Source of the DNA: Raillietiella orientalis
Lineage: Eukaryota
Direction of reading: 5' to 3'
DNA: 64,000 nt
Assembly: GCA_036172245.1 (NCBI GenBank)
Contig: JAYWIR010000065.1
Coordinates: forward strand, 62,001-126,000
Part shown: positions 50,250 through 63,519 of the stretch, piece after piece
Position numbering within the stretch: position 1 is the stretch's first letter
How the letters are laid out: the number at the start of each line of letters is the position of its first letter
Notes under the pieces: model-generated
Told to the model about the DNA's origin: nothing
Seen by the model: the letters and a program-made list of their open reading frames with translations, nothing else
Databases searched by the model: none
Position numbers and translations under genes: made by a program

Positions 50250-50800
50250 ACTCATAGCAAAGCACAAAAAATGAGTGAATGATGGGTCCCTCGTGATCGC
50301 AGCATGGATCTCGCTTTTCGTTCCGTGAACTTTTCAATTTTTTGAAATGTTGTTCTTCAGATCACACTCACTTTCTCTGAGAGCACAGGACTGAAGGCTT
50401 AACAAACCATCAGTAGTTTCACAGGTTCACCCCAAAGGAAGAACCTTGCCTTGTTGAAACGTTAAGAATCAACCAGCAAGAGAAATTTTGTGAGTATTCC
50501 CTTCAAAACATTCGAACCCCCTGACGGCTCATCGTCAAGACAATCCCTGAAGCGATGGCAACGAGCTCACACAAAAAGGTTCTCAGCCACACCAGAAAGG
50601 GATCTGTGCAGGAAGTGATATGAAAAATTTCAAAAGACTTGCACGGCTCCCAAGAGATTTGAGACCATTTAGAAACACACTGATTCTGCAGGTTACTGTT
50701 TTTCGGTGCTCTCAGGAGAATGATGGATTTTTTTTTCGTGGTCTGCAGCAATCCCAATTTGTTGTTTTTCTATAATTTGGGATTCAGAGTTCTCCAGACA
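50250..50800 (-). mobile_element. Possible piggyBac N-terminal relic
   Basis: LLQTTKK..KWSQISWE..F..TMSRQ (~ETNxY..W..E..F..MSRxRF). Confidence 0.35.
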
Positions 50801-51869
50801 CACAAGTAGGATAAGTCATCTAGTCCCTAAGCGAGAGCTGGGACAGTGAAAAAGTTAGAAGAGAGGGAAAATCCAAAGTTCTACGTAGGTTGTCTTTTCC
50901 TCAAAGGGATTCGAGACCTTTCGAAGACTTTGGAAACTGAGCCGCCCACGTGATCAAGGAATGATTTCCCTTAAAATTTTGTTTACTACAAAGTTGAATG
51001 ATCCCAGCGGAAAGGCTTCCATACGAATTTTTCCATCCCTTTCAATCTTCCTACTGCTGATGATGACTCATCCTTTTTCACCTTGAGGTGTGCCCGCCAT
51101 CCAGCTGGCCAGAAGTTTGAAGTTAGAAGCCACATCAGATATATTTTTAACAGAATGAATAGCATTACTACCATCATTCTTGATGTCCTTATTTTTGCAA
51201 TGCGATTGCCGTCATAACTTTTTTTTTTTATTACGCTTTTGTTTATAATGATTGTCCAATTGTTCTCATTCCTTGAATTACCTTTGCTCTTCTAGTTCTT
51301 TCTTACAGCATATTATTTAATAAAAATAATATCGTCGCCATGTCGCCACTATCGCTTCTGATGTTTCCAGTTAAGTAATTGTCTGATTAACGAGGCTTTG
51401 CAAAAAATCCAAGTGAACAGAAGCTGTGCGAAAGTCCTCAAGCCAAGCGCGAAAATGATCTTCAAACTCTGACGACTGCAGTCGAAGATTGAGATTTAAG
51501 CAGAGTCCACGTTTTTTAAGGCTTCCTCAAGTCCTCAATAACCTTCTACTGTAAGTACGAGGAGTACACACTTTTCATATCATCGGAGAACAGGGAAAAC
51601 CCAGATTTCCAGGATGCAATAATATCTGGAAATACGTAGACACGATTGCGACACACCCAGATACGATTATCTACGATTGAACTTACACATCTGCATTACC
51701 TTTGCACAATTTAAACCTTCCTAATCCTTAAATGATTTGATTTTCGGATTCTCCAAATAATGACTCCAGTTCCTTTTTTCCAAGGAAGAGTAATGTAGGC
51801 TGAATCTGCAAAAAGCAACGTTGCAACATCCTGACTTCCGTGAAGATAAAGGACGGATGCAAGGTCTAA

Positions 51870-52220
51870 GAGGATCACACAGAGTTATCTCTCATGCTAT
51901 CAGAAAATGCAGAGGAAGAAAGAAATTTCTTCCTCGGCACAGTGACATGTGCGATGGAACCGTTGCAACTCGTGCTTCGTCGAAAATGATGATGCTGGAG
52001 TGAATCTGATGTGGTGCTCGGATCTTCGCTGCAATCTTTCACAAGTGCTGCTGCTCTCAGGCAGTTCCGTATCCGAAGTGCAGTGCATTTCGGATACGGA
52101 ACCTGCAGCCCGCCTTCAGTGCCGCCCTTGTGCACGTTTTGCAGCAGCAGCCAACTAGGCCACTGATTTAAAAAAGTAACGCTTCTCAAAGGCTGCGCCT
52201 TAACAAATGATAAGCCCACC
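51870..52220 (-). mobile_element. Non-LTR RT thumb-region relic
   Basis: QNVHKGGTEGGLQVP (~LYxxxxxGGLGVP). Confidence 0.35.
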
Positions 52221-52299
52221 TTCGCAAATATCAGTTCTTATTGATATTAATAAAGGGGAAGGATCTTTTTTTTTCTCTCTCTCTGGCAGACTTTAGTAT

Positions 52300-52850
52300 G
52301 TACACAACGCAGAACCATTTACATTCAACGAAACATTCCTCTGCCTCTGCCACTCACGATGAATTCGAACGGCACGTTTGAGCGTGTGCCTCCACCTACT
52401 CTTTTGATTGCAGAAATCTCTAAAATTGAATAGGATTCCCGTTGAGCCATGCTCGTATTTTTCCATTTGCTTTTGCACGCGACCCAACGGAGCCTCCTTT
52501 ATTCTCGGAGGCCATGTTTTTTTTTTTTTTTTCCTCCCACCTGCTTTGGGAATTCGTAACAAGATGAGCCGAGAATCAGAGTTCTCAACAGCTTCCGAGT
52601 CGATCCAATCAGTTGACAGAATTTGGGAAAAGGAAAGGAAAACCGTTGATTCGAACATCCTGATGACGAAAAAACGAAATCGCCACCTTGTACTTCGACG
52701 GATTTGGAAAAGGGAATAAATAACATGTGTCTCTAATGAACGACCTGAGGACTGCTTCTTGTCTATCTTTTGGCACAGGAATCCCAGAGATTTGGCCATT
52801 GCGATGCCGAACGCAATTTATTTATTTTAATCTATGAACCTTTGAATGGT
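52300..52850 (-). mobile_element. piggyBac C-terminal relic
   Basis: FQIRRSTRWRFRFFVIRMFESTVFLSF (~YxIxRKxxKW..FF..LDxAVxNA). Confidence 0.4.
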
Positions 52851-55419
52851 GATCATCGCTATTTTGATGCTTCGCTGGAGACATACGTACATTCCTATGA
52901 AAACAGGTAGTGAGAAAGACTTTTTCCTATCAACTGATTTCGCTCGCGAGTGGACAGTCCACGTGTGGAGGTAAGGAACTCCGATCAAGAAATCAGCGTA
53001 CACACCTCGCGAGAAAACGGACGAGCGCTTTGTACATTAAATTACGAAATTCCCCTTTGGTGGTTCCCCCCCTCCCCCTGGGCGGAAAGCAAACGAATCG
53101 TCCGTCTGGCCAACGTGGACGAGCGAAGAAGCACGAGCTAACCGGAGCGCCCGCTCCCATCTTCCCACCGCCACATCCGCGTATGGCAGAGAGGTCGCAC
53201 CCGCCCTGAGCGTTGACTGGGCCGTGTGACTGCTGCTGCGTTCGTGCAAGTGACACATCGGTCTCTCAGCTGATAAGATTGTAAACAAGGTGTGATTGAC
53301 GAAATCCAAGCCGCAACCCAAGGTTTTGTCAATAACTGCTTGAAATAAATTATTCTTTACCGGCGGTTTCCAATAGGAATGGCTCAAATATGAATTCTAG
53401 CGAAAGCACGGACGGCTGTGGCACAAGAGTTTATTGTAGGTTTCGTTATGATAGGAAAAAAGGGGTAAGTAGTTGATGAAAGTGAAATATGAAAGTGAAC
53501 TTCATCCGTGAGAAAGAAGTCTGTTTGGATTTTTGTTGTCCGGATTTCGGTCTTCTCGTTAACCGATGGCTTTTTACTGGGTGGATGTGTGCGGTGGACG
53601 AATCAACCCGCAGTGAATGATGTACAGCTAATACGGAAATGTTGTTGTTTTCAACGCGGAAATCAAATGAACTGAAAGTCGTGTTGTTGCAGTGTCGAAC
53701 AACCGCAGTGATCGCGTGCGAACAGTGAATCCTCTCAAAACAAAAGTCACCGATTGCGTTGTACTTTGGTAAAAGTTTTTTTTCTTTTTTTTTTCGTCTT
53801 CCTCTGGATGCATGGCGGAACCGTGAGATTTTTGATGTTTGCCTCTTCTTGTATTTCGAGAAACCGAATGGCCTGTGCACTGCTGACCCGTTTGAGCAGA
53901 AACTTTTGAATACCCTTCCTTCACTCGACAGAAAATTCATTAGCCTTAGTAACTGCTTATTATAGTTTACTAAGTGTTCGTGGTTCAGATTGCGTAGTAA
54001 GAGTAGTAGACGTAGTAAAAGGGTGATCGAAACCCCCGGAAAAAAAAAAAAAAAACGAAAAATAAATAGTAAAACGAGCAGCCCTACCTTTGCATGCAAA
54101 TTGCTAGCAGCCCGTACAGAAAAGTACAGCCCGAAGAAAAAGCTGTGACGATCATCCGTTCGATTCATTTGGTACATTATTTGATGCTGTAGCTGTCTTG
54201 GACTTGATACTGAACATTCTTTGAAAACCGAGAAGTAATGGAAAAACATAAATTGGAAAATTTTGTTTCCTGCATAAAGAGAGCGCGTGCTGTGTATAAA
54301 TCAGCGAATTAACTTTCACTTTTATTTAAATACCTTTTCCTTCAGTTTTTTTTTTTTTTTTTCTTCTGAATTCCACATTGATGAAAAAATGAAAATGAAA
54401 TCTTCCCACTTGATCAACGAGCATGTCACGCAATTTCAAGCTGTTGCAACACGAAGATTGCTCCGCTAAATTACATATGTGTGCTTTCGATTTTATTAGA
54501 TGTGAACTGCGAACTTTTGCATATTGAGTGCTTGCGTTCAGCTCATAGCATATCGCACGCCAAACCAATAATTTACTATTATGTCTACCTCTTCACGTTC
54601 CACCTTTCTTTGCCTTGACGATAGCTCTGCTGAAACGTTTCCTAGCACTGAATTCGAAGCCCGCCTTGGAAGTTTGCCTTGTGAATCAGCATCTTCCTTT
54701 GTGTACCACCCTCCCTCTGCTGGCTTTTGCGAATAGTGTGAAGAAGCACATGAAAAGTTTCCGTGGCCATTCGCTTAGCATCTGAATTGCAGATCTTTGT
54801 AACTGGAGAAAAGGCAACGTGGAGCGACAAAAAAGAGAAGAAGAAGAAGAAGAAGAAGAAAAAAAGGAAACTGACACAGCAGCTACGTAAGGAAGATGAG
54901 ATGAGCAGTAGAAGTGGGCAGCTGTAAGTTTCTGCATAGGAATTAATGCCTGAACAACAAGTATTCGTCTTTGGCGCTATCGGTCCGATGGTTTTGCGTC
55001 CCATTTACTTGATCGTTTCGTTTCCAAATGGTTTTCAAATGGTCAGAGTTGTGCAATGTTTTCTTCTCCCTCCTTAGCATTCGTTTTTCCAGAATTTTCT
55101 TACCGTGCATGTTTATCCATCTGAAAAGTTAAAGAACAAAGTCGCAGGAGCAAGGGCTTTACAGACTAGGATCGTTCAGAAAGAAAAGTTTCAGTATGCC
55201 GTTTGGATGTTGGCAAACGATTTTTTATTTTTTTTTCCTGATAATTTCAAGTAATAAGATGCATAGGTATTTCGTGATGACAAATGACCATGCACTTGGG
55301 TGTTGCTTTTTTGTGTTGTTGTTGTTGGATTATAACTTATTTCGATCACCTTCGTTTTCATCATAATGTTTATAACGCATCTCACGACCAGATGCCTATG
55401 TTTTCCTCCCGACAAGCAG

Positions 55420-55800
55420 AAAGCTTCTGTGGAGCACTGCCGTGAAAAGGTGCTCAAACTCACTCGCCATTTGTCTCGCATCACAAAACACACCGTCCGT
55501 TTGCCACCAAAGAATTCGCAGAATTCCTTGTTCGTTGGAAGATGCCACCGAGACTTTTGTGAGCTTTTGTGTGAGTTTGCTCAGCTAACTTAGACCGAGG
55601 GGTAACTTTTGCTGTGCCTTTCGCTCCAAACCAATGGTATTACCACGAAGACACCAAGAAGGGAAAAAACAAAAGTGACTGAACAAAGACAGTATGGATC
55701 CTGGAGGCATGAGTACCGGTTCTCTCTATGCCACTTGTCTCACACGGGACTCCTTGCAGATGGTCACCTGAAGATGATTTCAAGGAAACTGTCCTACGCC
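55420..55800 (+). mobile_element. Ty3/Gypsy integrase relic
   Basis: RPFATKEFAEFLVRWKM (~GPQFxSxEFxxFxxxWGI), QTNG (~PQSNG), TP..SP. Confidence 0.55.
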
Positions 55801-56847
55801 ATTAGAAAAGATCGATGACTGTGAAAAGTAAATTTGTGAAGTAATAAAACTCGTTTTGCTCTCTATCATGGTTTCCTAAGTTTTACTAATTTGCAGGTTT
55901 GAGTAATGATGTTTTCGCTAAGGGTTTCCACAATGGAATGATTTCCATAGATTCCCATGGCTTGTATGTGATGGCTTATTGGCCGTTCCCATTTTGTTCT
56001 TTGATACATTTATGCTTGCATTTTTTTTTTCTTACATAAAACTGCCTGACTTCGTAAAGACACTGTGCTATTACGAGAGTAGTATACTATATTATGTTAT
56101 GCCTGTATTCGTTTTTGCAGCAGTCTTCGCTTCCATTCTCACATTTATTTTCTGGAACTTACCACTTTTTTTTTTTTTAAAAAAAAAAAAAAAAGAAAAC
56201 ATAGAAATGCGATAAAATGGTCATCTTAGTTTGTACTCCATCTCTTCTGTTGGGAGACAGAATCCGTTTCTTCTCTTGGTCGTCTTTTTGATACGTTTGT
56301 TCCGGTACTTGTCGCTTCTGGTGACAGCACTCTAAAGCAAACAGTTACAGTTCAAACTCCACTTCTAAACTCATCTTGAATTTCCTTTCTTTTCCCTCTC
56401 CATCTTGCGTTTGCGACTCGAAATTCAAGAAAGTCTCTATGGGATTGATTACGCATCGCTGCAGACCGTCTCCCTGGCTACGTTCTTCCAACCATGATGA
56501 ATTCACCGAACCAATTATCCGTTATCCGGATCAACCACTCATCGATTTTTAATTACGTTTTTTGAATTAAGCCAGTTGGTTCTGTTTAATTGGAAAGGAA
56601 AGCAGCGCTGTGCTCTAAGCCACAATTCAGGGATTCGACCTTTCCTTTGAGCACAGCATTCTTGGATACGTAGCCAAGAGCCAACAGGCAAATTCTCTCA
56701 GAGTTGGACTGCACTAAAACGAGTGCATTGTGTTTCAAAACGGTTCTGTGTAATCGGGGGCGGTAAGAGGTGTTGAGCATTGCATGCAGTGCGAGTGACC
56801 CGAAAACGGGATCATCTCACGTCGATCTCACAGAGACGCCGAGGACT

Positions 56848-57050
56848 AGAAGATCTCCAGCTTCACGAGGTCCACCACGCTCGGTTTGAGGTCATCTGCA
56901 AGCAGAATCGTTTGCTCACGACAGCGCTACAATCCGACCGAGTCTCCAGTTTTCAGCCTGGTCCAGGGACTGGACTTGGACGATATTTGCGTCCGCCACC
57001 TACGTTTGCAGCACTGTCGAAGTGAAGAAAGAGCAAAACTGTTACTCAGA
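56848..57050 (-). mobile_element. BEL/Pao polyprotein C-terminal relic
   Basis: IVQVQSLDQAENWRLGRIVALS*ANDSACR..DLVKLE (~WxLGRIxxxxPGxDGxVR..KLVPLE). Confidence 0.55.
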
Positions 57051-58849
57051 CAGCACCGAAGATGCTCACTGGAGGGTGATGCTGCTGTGAAGCATTAGGA
57101 TTGGTCTGGCATCTTTGTAAGTGTTTTACAGTAAAAGTCGACTTCATGTTTGCAACATAGCCTCAGGATCTGTTCAGTGGTATACGACTGTGCTGTCTGA
57201 GTAATGGTACATCAACAGGTTTTTTTTTTTGTGTGTTTGCTTGCTCGTCCTCTGCTAAACAAGAATTCAGGCAAGAACAAAAGGAAAAAAGTCCCCTCTC
57301 CTTTTCCCTCTATTTTCAAGTGCAGATAACCTATTCATCACGGGAACACCGAGGAAGTTACTTGAGGCCTCGTGTGCGCTTTTGCGTGTCCCTGCATCCT
57401 TCCGTCCAAATGACCTGCAACAAAAGACTTTGCCACAATTATCTAACGTACGCTGCCTGTTATTATCTCATGGTTGAGAATCGAATGTTTTTGAAGGACA
57501 GTTGCAGTACTCAAGGAGATAAGGAGGAACCCACACTGAACTGGCTAAGTGTCCTCGAGGTGTTTGCATCCTCCTATTTCAACTTTACCGAAGATTCAGA
57601 TACGAAGAATCTTCTGCATTTTTTCACAGCTCTGATGTGACCCCAGCTTCCTCCTAGACTATAAACACCTTTGCTGGCCAAGGAATGCTGGAACGGACCC
57701 GTCTTTACGATTCGGGGGTTTCAAATATTGCAGTGGTCCTCAGTTTGGATGTTTAGGTAACCAAGGGATGTGAAGAACTATTTTCTCGAGCGGAAATCTG
57801 AGAAGACCAACAGAGTTCCTTGGAACATGTGGCTTGCCTTTCGTAACCGTGCCTTTCTTGCGATCTATTTTTCTTTCTTCTTAGAGAAAAGTATTCAACA
57901 TTTGTTGTAGCTGTAAGATTTTACAGACAAAATTACATAAAATACACGAAATTATGTAAATCTTGAGCTCGATTTGATTCAGAGCATGTAAATAAGCAAG
58001 ATGTCCCCTTCGGAGCTCCCTCCTAAGAGTAAGAACGGACTCCATCCTCGGAGCCTCACTGGATTAGTTAGGGTGGTCCCTACGCGGTTGTTTGCCCCTA
58101 ACGGAGTTACACGCGCCCGCAGGTGACGTTGACAGTGTTTAAAGAGCATTGTGGGCCACCCGGCGGCAGCATCGTCGAACCTCTCCGATGCCCCTCTTAA
58201 AGGGGAGAACGGTTCTTCAGTACTTAGCGGACCAAAAAAAAAAAAAAAAAACCGGAAAAAAAATAAAAAAGCCGAAAGGAAAAGCAACGAAACAGAAGAA
58301 AAAAAGATTTTCATCATCCTAGGCCAATGCTAACGATCTCCCCGTGAAGTCGCTACTGACGTTTTTTGGAAAAAAAAAAAAAAAAGGAAAAACAACATGT
58401 GAATGCGCACCTGTTGCACAAATGTATTTATTGAATTATCGTTCTATTTTATATGCTTGTATTATACCTGGGATTTAATAAAACATTTGTGATTATGTCG
58501 TAGAAATTGAAATGCAGACGTGCTTCATTTTGTGAATGCCATAAATGTAGAGAATGTTTCCAAGCATGTATTTTGTAGAAGAGTTGGTATAGTGAGGTTG
58601 ACGGTCATGTATCAGGATTGTCAGAAATCAAATGAGAAAGAGAAGGGACTGTGGCTGTTTTTATTTTATATGCAAGTGATTCAATCCTGTAACATAATGT
58701 TGCGATACATAATTATGACGGTTGAATGCTTTTGAGTGTTCAATCAAAAAGGGGTACGAAATAGTTTATTGTAAGAAATTACCAAAAGGGGGGCTCGTTG
58801 AGAATTGTTGGGGTTTAAATTACTTGTTCGATAATCGGGATTTAATCCG

Positions 58850-59320
58850 TCCGAGATGCACACTCTCCGAGGAAACCTCTTTCTACACCTCCCTCCGCTT
58901 CGCGTCTTTAGCGCATCCAAGAGAAGCACAAATGCCAGTCCACTGTCACCACATTCTGTCCGTCAAAAACGCCCAGTGTTTTGTGTCTTCTTATCCAGCG
59001 TGCTTCCTGGTTGCTGCTTGACGCTACTCACTTCATCCAAGGAGCTCTTCCGCAATTCGCACTCGCATCCTACGCTTTCAGACCTTCTTGGGCACGTTTT
59101 TCTCCTTACTTCGGAGAGCATTCCCTCCGCTGCTCGAGTTGGCCTTTCCATATTCACGTCTCACTCTCCATTCCTCCGCTTGTTCCACTGATCGCGATCT
59201 TTCGACGATTTTCCTTCCTGGATGCTGTGGAGCGTCTCCGCTTTTCCTCCATCCGTACGGCAGAAAGAGCCAGGTTTCGGACGTAGAATAGGATCAAGCA
59301 GTTTTGTTCATCTCCAGAGA
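58850..59320 (-). mobile_element. pogo/Tigger-like DDE transposase relic
   Basis: GDEQ (~xDET), IWKG (~IFKG), WM, LLLDALKT (~LLLDxxxxH) in the expected order. Confidence 0.4.
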
Positions 59321-59870
59321 TAAAACTACTCGTTTGAAGTGCAGTCACTCTGAACGGCTCAGCAAGATATATATATATATGCATGCGAACGTCTGTGATG
59401 CAGGGAAGCCACATCCAGGTTTTCGATTAAGCAGAGTACGGAGTGATGAATGCTAACGAAAGAAAAAGTGCCTTTTGCTCACCTCGGAAACTGGGACGAT
59501 TCTCACAAACCCATGAGTTCGTCTTGTAAAGAATTTCATTTCACTCTCGAAATGTAGGTAGAGGATTTTTCCCCCGTGTCAAAGAAAACAAGCAAGTAGT
59601 TATTCAGTATAAGGAAAACGTGATTTTTTACATTAAGAAAATACATAAAAGTGTCTCAGTATTCACCTTGCTGTTTGCCGAATACATGTGAGTGAGAGTC
59701 CGGATGGAAAGAAAAGTTAGCCGGGGTCCTTTTTTGTTTTCTTGAGAATTATTTCTCTTTTTTCTATCCTTCTTGGAATACAGCCAACCTTCTGTTCATA
59801 TTCGTTAGCAGCACCACAAGTTAACCTTCCAATCATTTCTTTTCCGTGATTTCTATCTTAATTTCTCAAA

Positions 59871-59873
<3 letters not shown>

Positions 59874-59952
<79 letters not shown>
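59874..59952. repeat. (TG)n microsatellite, about 39 units
   Basis: Perfect TG run. Confidence 0.99.
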
Positions 59953-59953
<1 letters not shown>

Positions 59954-60099
59954 ATTTTTTTTTTTTTCAAGAAAGAAGAAGAGAAAAAAAAAAAATTAGC
60001 CGAAGTGGTAACCTGAGGAGCTACTTTTTGAGATGTGGTTGAGCTGAAGAAACATACCATTCGTGTGGCTGGTTTTTATTGAGCTCGTTTACTCTCCGC

Positions 60100-63050
60100 G
60101 CTGTCACATCCGATGACATTCTGGAAAGTCGCACGGTTTCTTACGGAAGAGAGGTGCTGTGCCGTTGCATCTCCATTGGCCATCAGCTTCTCTCGTTCGG
60201 ATGCCAGATTCCGTAGACTGGAGCTCAGTAATGCTTATTGTATTCCACAGGGAAGGAAGAAGAAAGAAAAACTTTTATCCAAGAATGCATCTCTGATGGA
60301 ATGAGTTGATGTGCAAGTTTCAGTAACTTCAGCAAAATCTCATTAGCCTTGAAGAAACGAGAAGTCCGAGGAAAGATCAAAGTTTCCTCCTGTCTAAGGA
60401 TGCTTTGTTGACTGTTTGTGTTTCTTTTCCATTCGAAACATTCTTAGACAGCATCGCATATTCAAAAGCGGCTGCGTAATACGTGCGTGTTTTAGAAGGC
60501 CCATGCGTTTCTCCTGCACGTTCTCGAGCTCAAAAACGCATCAATCCCAGGAAGCTAGAAAGCTTTAGTAAACTTCCAACCTTTGCAGGCTTCGGAATTG
60601 TCATTCTGGTAGATGGCTTTCTTGATGCTTCTTGTTTAGAATTGCAGTTTTGCAGGATTCCAATGCACAGTGTCTATTTGTCAGAGGAAACCTTTCCTCG
60701 TTTCACATTCGGAAGGGCAAAAGACATCCAAAATAGCATGAAGAGAAACCGAAAGAATGGCAAACGTATGTGCCACATGCAACTCAGAGATCGTGAAATT
60801 TCTGCTTCGTTCAACTCCCAAGCTCATATGATATCCAGACCTTCTCTCTCAAGACCTACATATTCAAGGGCGGTTTTGATGCAAGAGCTGGGTCGGCTGC
60901 GGATGACTTCGGGATTCCAGCGTTCAGGATTTTAATCTGCACCGGTTGTTGGCAAATCTATGGGAGCCCTGAAGAACAGGTCTCCAAAATAGAGAGCAAG
61001 CTTCCACTGATTACTCTTTAAGCGCCCTCTGCCCTCATCAATGCCGCCTTAAATTCAATCAGGCTTTGCAAAGTGCTAAGCAGCCACACGACCTGAATTC
61101 AGGTCGTGTTCAAATACACGAAGTTCCGCAAAATAAGTTGGTATTTAAACGAAAAGACAGGAAGAAAAAGACGGGCAACCTACAAAGCAGAAACTGGAAC
61201 GAATGCGGTAGGGTGGAAAGCACGTGTTTGTTCGAGTGGTTGGCGTTTACACGGACTTCATCCCTTCCTATTTTCATTGAGATGGCACGTTGGCTTCCAA
61301 AGCTGAGCGATGTCGAACAAGTGGCATTTTATCTCACTCCGAGTTGCGCCGAATGATGGGTTGCCCCGACAGCGTTGGATGACTGGCAGAGTTGCATTCG
61401 TGGTCAGGTGGAGAAATCCGATGGCTGCACCCGATGGTCGCTCACTTTGGGATTTTTGATTGCCTTAGCGATCACGCGAGTCAGGAAGATTTGCGCTGCA
61501 GCCGGAAACAAAACACCCTACGAATTGCATTTCGGATTCGCATCTGCCCTCTGTAGCTGCGGTTATGTACGTATTGCTAAATGCGGGTCAGAATTGTAAG
61601 GATGCACGGTTCGTCAATAAGATTGCCCGGTCATTCGAGATGAAATTAGCAACAGCGTGCGCAGATTAGGAACCGCTGAGCTCGCTCCTGATTTCCTCAA
61701 AGCTTAATTGCATTCCTGCTTTAAAATTGGATGTGCTGTCCATGGATCGGATTCAAACTCCTGCTTCTCTCGAGCACTCTCGATTGACTGGCAAAGCTGC
61801 CTCCTCACGGCTATCATGGCTCATTGCAGGCGGAGCTTCTTAGAATGAGATGAGCGCTGTTGAATTATTATGTAGCATTTCTGCTCATTCCCATTGTATT
61901 CGGAACGTTTCTGGGAGGTCTGGATACGTTCGGATGCAAAAAAAATTCTTGCACTCTCAGAGAGCACTCGCTGCACTCGCTACCTGACAGTGCAAGAATA
62001 TATATTCTTGCACTGTCAGGTATATCATAGTGCTTTTTTTCTTCTTGTTCGTCTTCTTCCGAGAGTGGAAAAATGAGAATGGCTGCTATGAAATTCAAAG
62101 GCCTCATTCAAGGTGAAAATTCAGACTGTATTTCGAAATATTCCGAAATAAAATATAATCAAATGTTCCCGGCACGCCATGCCTTTGCTGATTGCTGAGT
62201 TACTAAGGCATCTATTTGTATTATCTAGGTGGTAAATAGCGAAAGACAGGATTAGATCCTGGATGAAGGGTTGATAGAAGATAAAGATGAAGCGCATTGG
62301 ATCAGATCAGAAAACCGAAGATCTCTTTTTTTCCTGGAGGCATGTTTTCCCTGAATCCTAACCCGGATGTGACTTGGGTTTGCTTGAAATTCTCCTACCG
62401 CTGTTGGATGTTGTCTCTAACCTTTCTCAGCATTCCTATCTCCATCAGAAGACTAGTGTCTCTTCACCAGCTTCAGGTTGCGGCATAACACTTGGGTTCA
62501 CGAAAATCCGATTGATTGATCCGATAGGTATGCTGCCAAATAAAAGATGATACACTCGTGAACTAGAAGGCATCTTGCGCTCCGAATCGTTCTCAGTCTT
62601 TAGAAACAGAATTTCTTTCCTTCACGCAGTTTTCGAGACAAACAAACGATAAATCTGCACCAAATGGGTGGTTCTTCACCCATTTGGTGGTTCTAACATT
62701 CACCATCCGATATGCTTCGAAGCATGTCTGGTGGGAATGGGAAAATGATGTTGGTTCTGATATGGAACTCCTGAATACCTTCCACAGGGCGGTTGAAATG
62801 CAGTGTCATGTCACGCCCAGAAAAGTTCCGCAGCCATCAGCAACAAAAGATCCGCAACAGGAAGTAAGATGCCCCATCTTTCGGCAACACGGATGCTCAG
62901 TTGCATTGCCTAAAGTTGTGGTCTCACGAATTCTTTCCTGCCATATGCAAGTGTCGTTCTGTGATTGTTCAGTGAAGAAGATCCTGAGCTCGATCATGAG
63001 GTCATGCGTCGGGTCTTGTGATTTACCTCCGTTCTCTGACTGCCTTTTTC
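60100..63050 (-). mobile_element. Fragmented piggyBac transposase relic
   Basis: ELRIFFTE..TFLGV (about 62900), LRVQEFFLHP..TMGMSRN (about 61900; ~DNFF..GTxRxN), RPSSCIK..GLDII..MWHIRL..ILDV (about 60800), collinear on the minus strand. Confidence 0.45.
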
Positions 63051-63519
63051 GTGTGATCGTGACTTGGGTCTGTTCGAAGCCCCTCCGCTTAAAATTTTCT
63101 CACAGTTGACCTGGTCTAATAGATGAAGTGCTGACTCATTCAAGAATTAGCCCCAACTTGAAAGTAGCATTGTTTTTGTTTGTTTCTATATGACACACAC
63201 AGTCGAACGTTTTTTGTTTTTCTTTTATCTGCTTGATGTTTGTATTTCTGATTTTTTTTTCTTTATTTTTTTAGATTTTTTTTTTTTTTTTTTGCGTGCA
63301 GTTTTAAGATACGCCGGCGAAGCTTTGTGCATATCGAGGAGATGCGCGCGCATGCAAAGGAGATGCTCGGTTATCTTAGTGCATGGAGGCTGGAAGGTTG
63401 GTCTCTGAAAGTTTGACCGATACCAGTCCAGTCGGCGAGGGCTTTGCATCTAATGGACTTCTACATGCGCTTCCAAATTCTCATGCCAGTAGCTGAAAGA
63501 ATGCAACCTCTCCACAGAA

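Noticed and set aside
52900..53750. Promoter/enhancer-like island (GATA, forkhead-like motifs)
   Set aside because: Short motifs only, with no associated gene; not supportable from sequence alone.
56848..56900. Apparent terminal exon (ttgcag|..DLKPSVVDLVKLEIF*)
   Set aside because: The upstream frame gives WRLGRIV..DSACR, a BEL/Pao C-terminus, and no partner exons were found.
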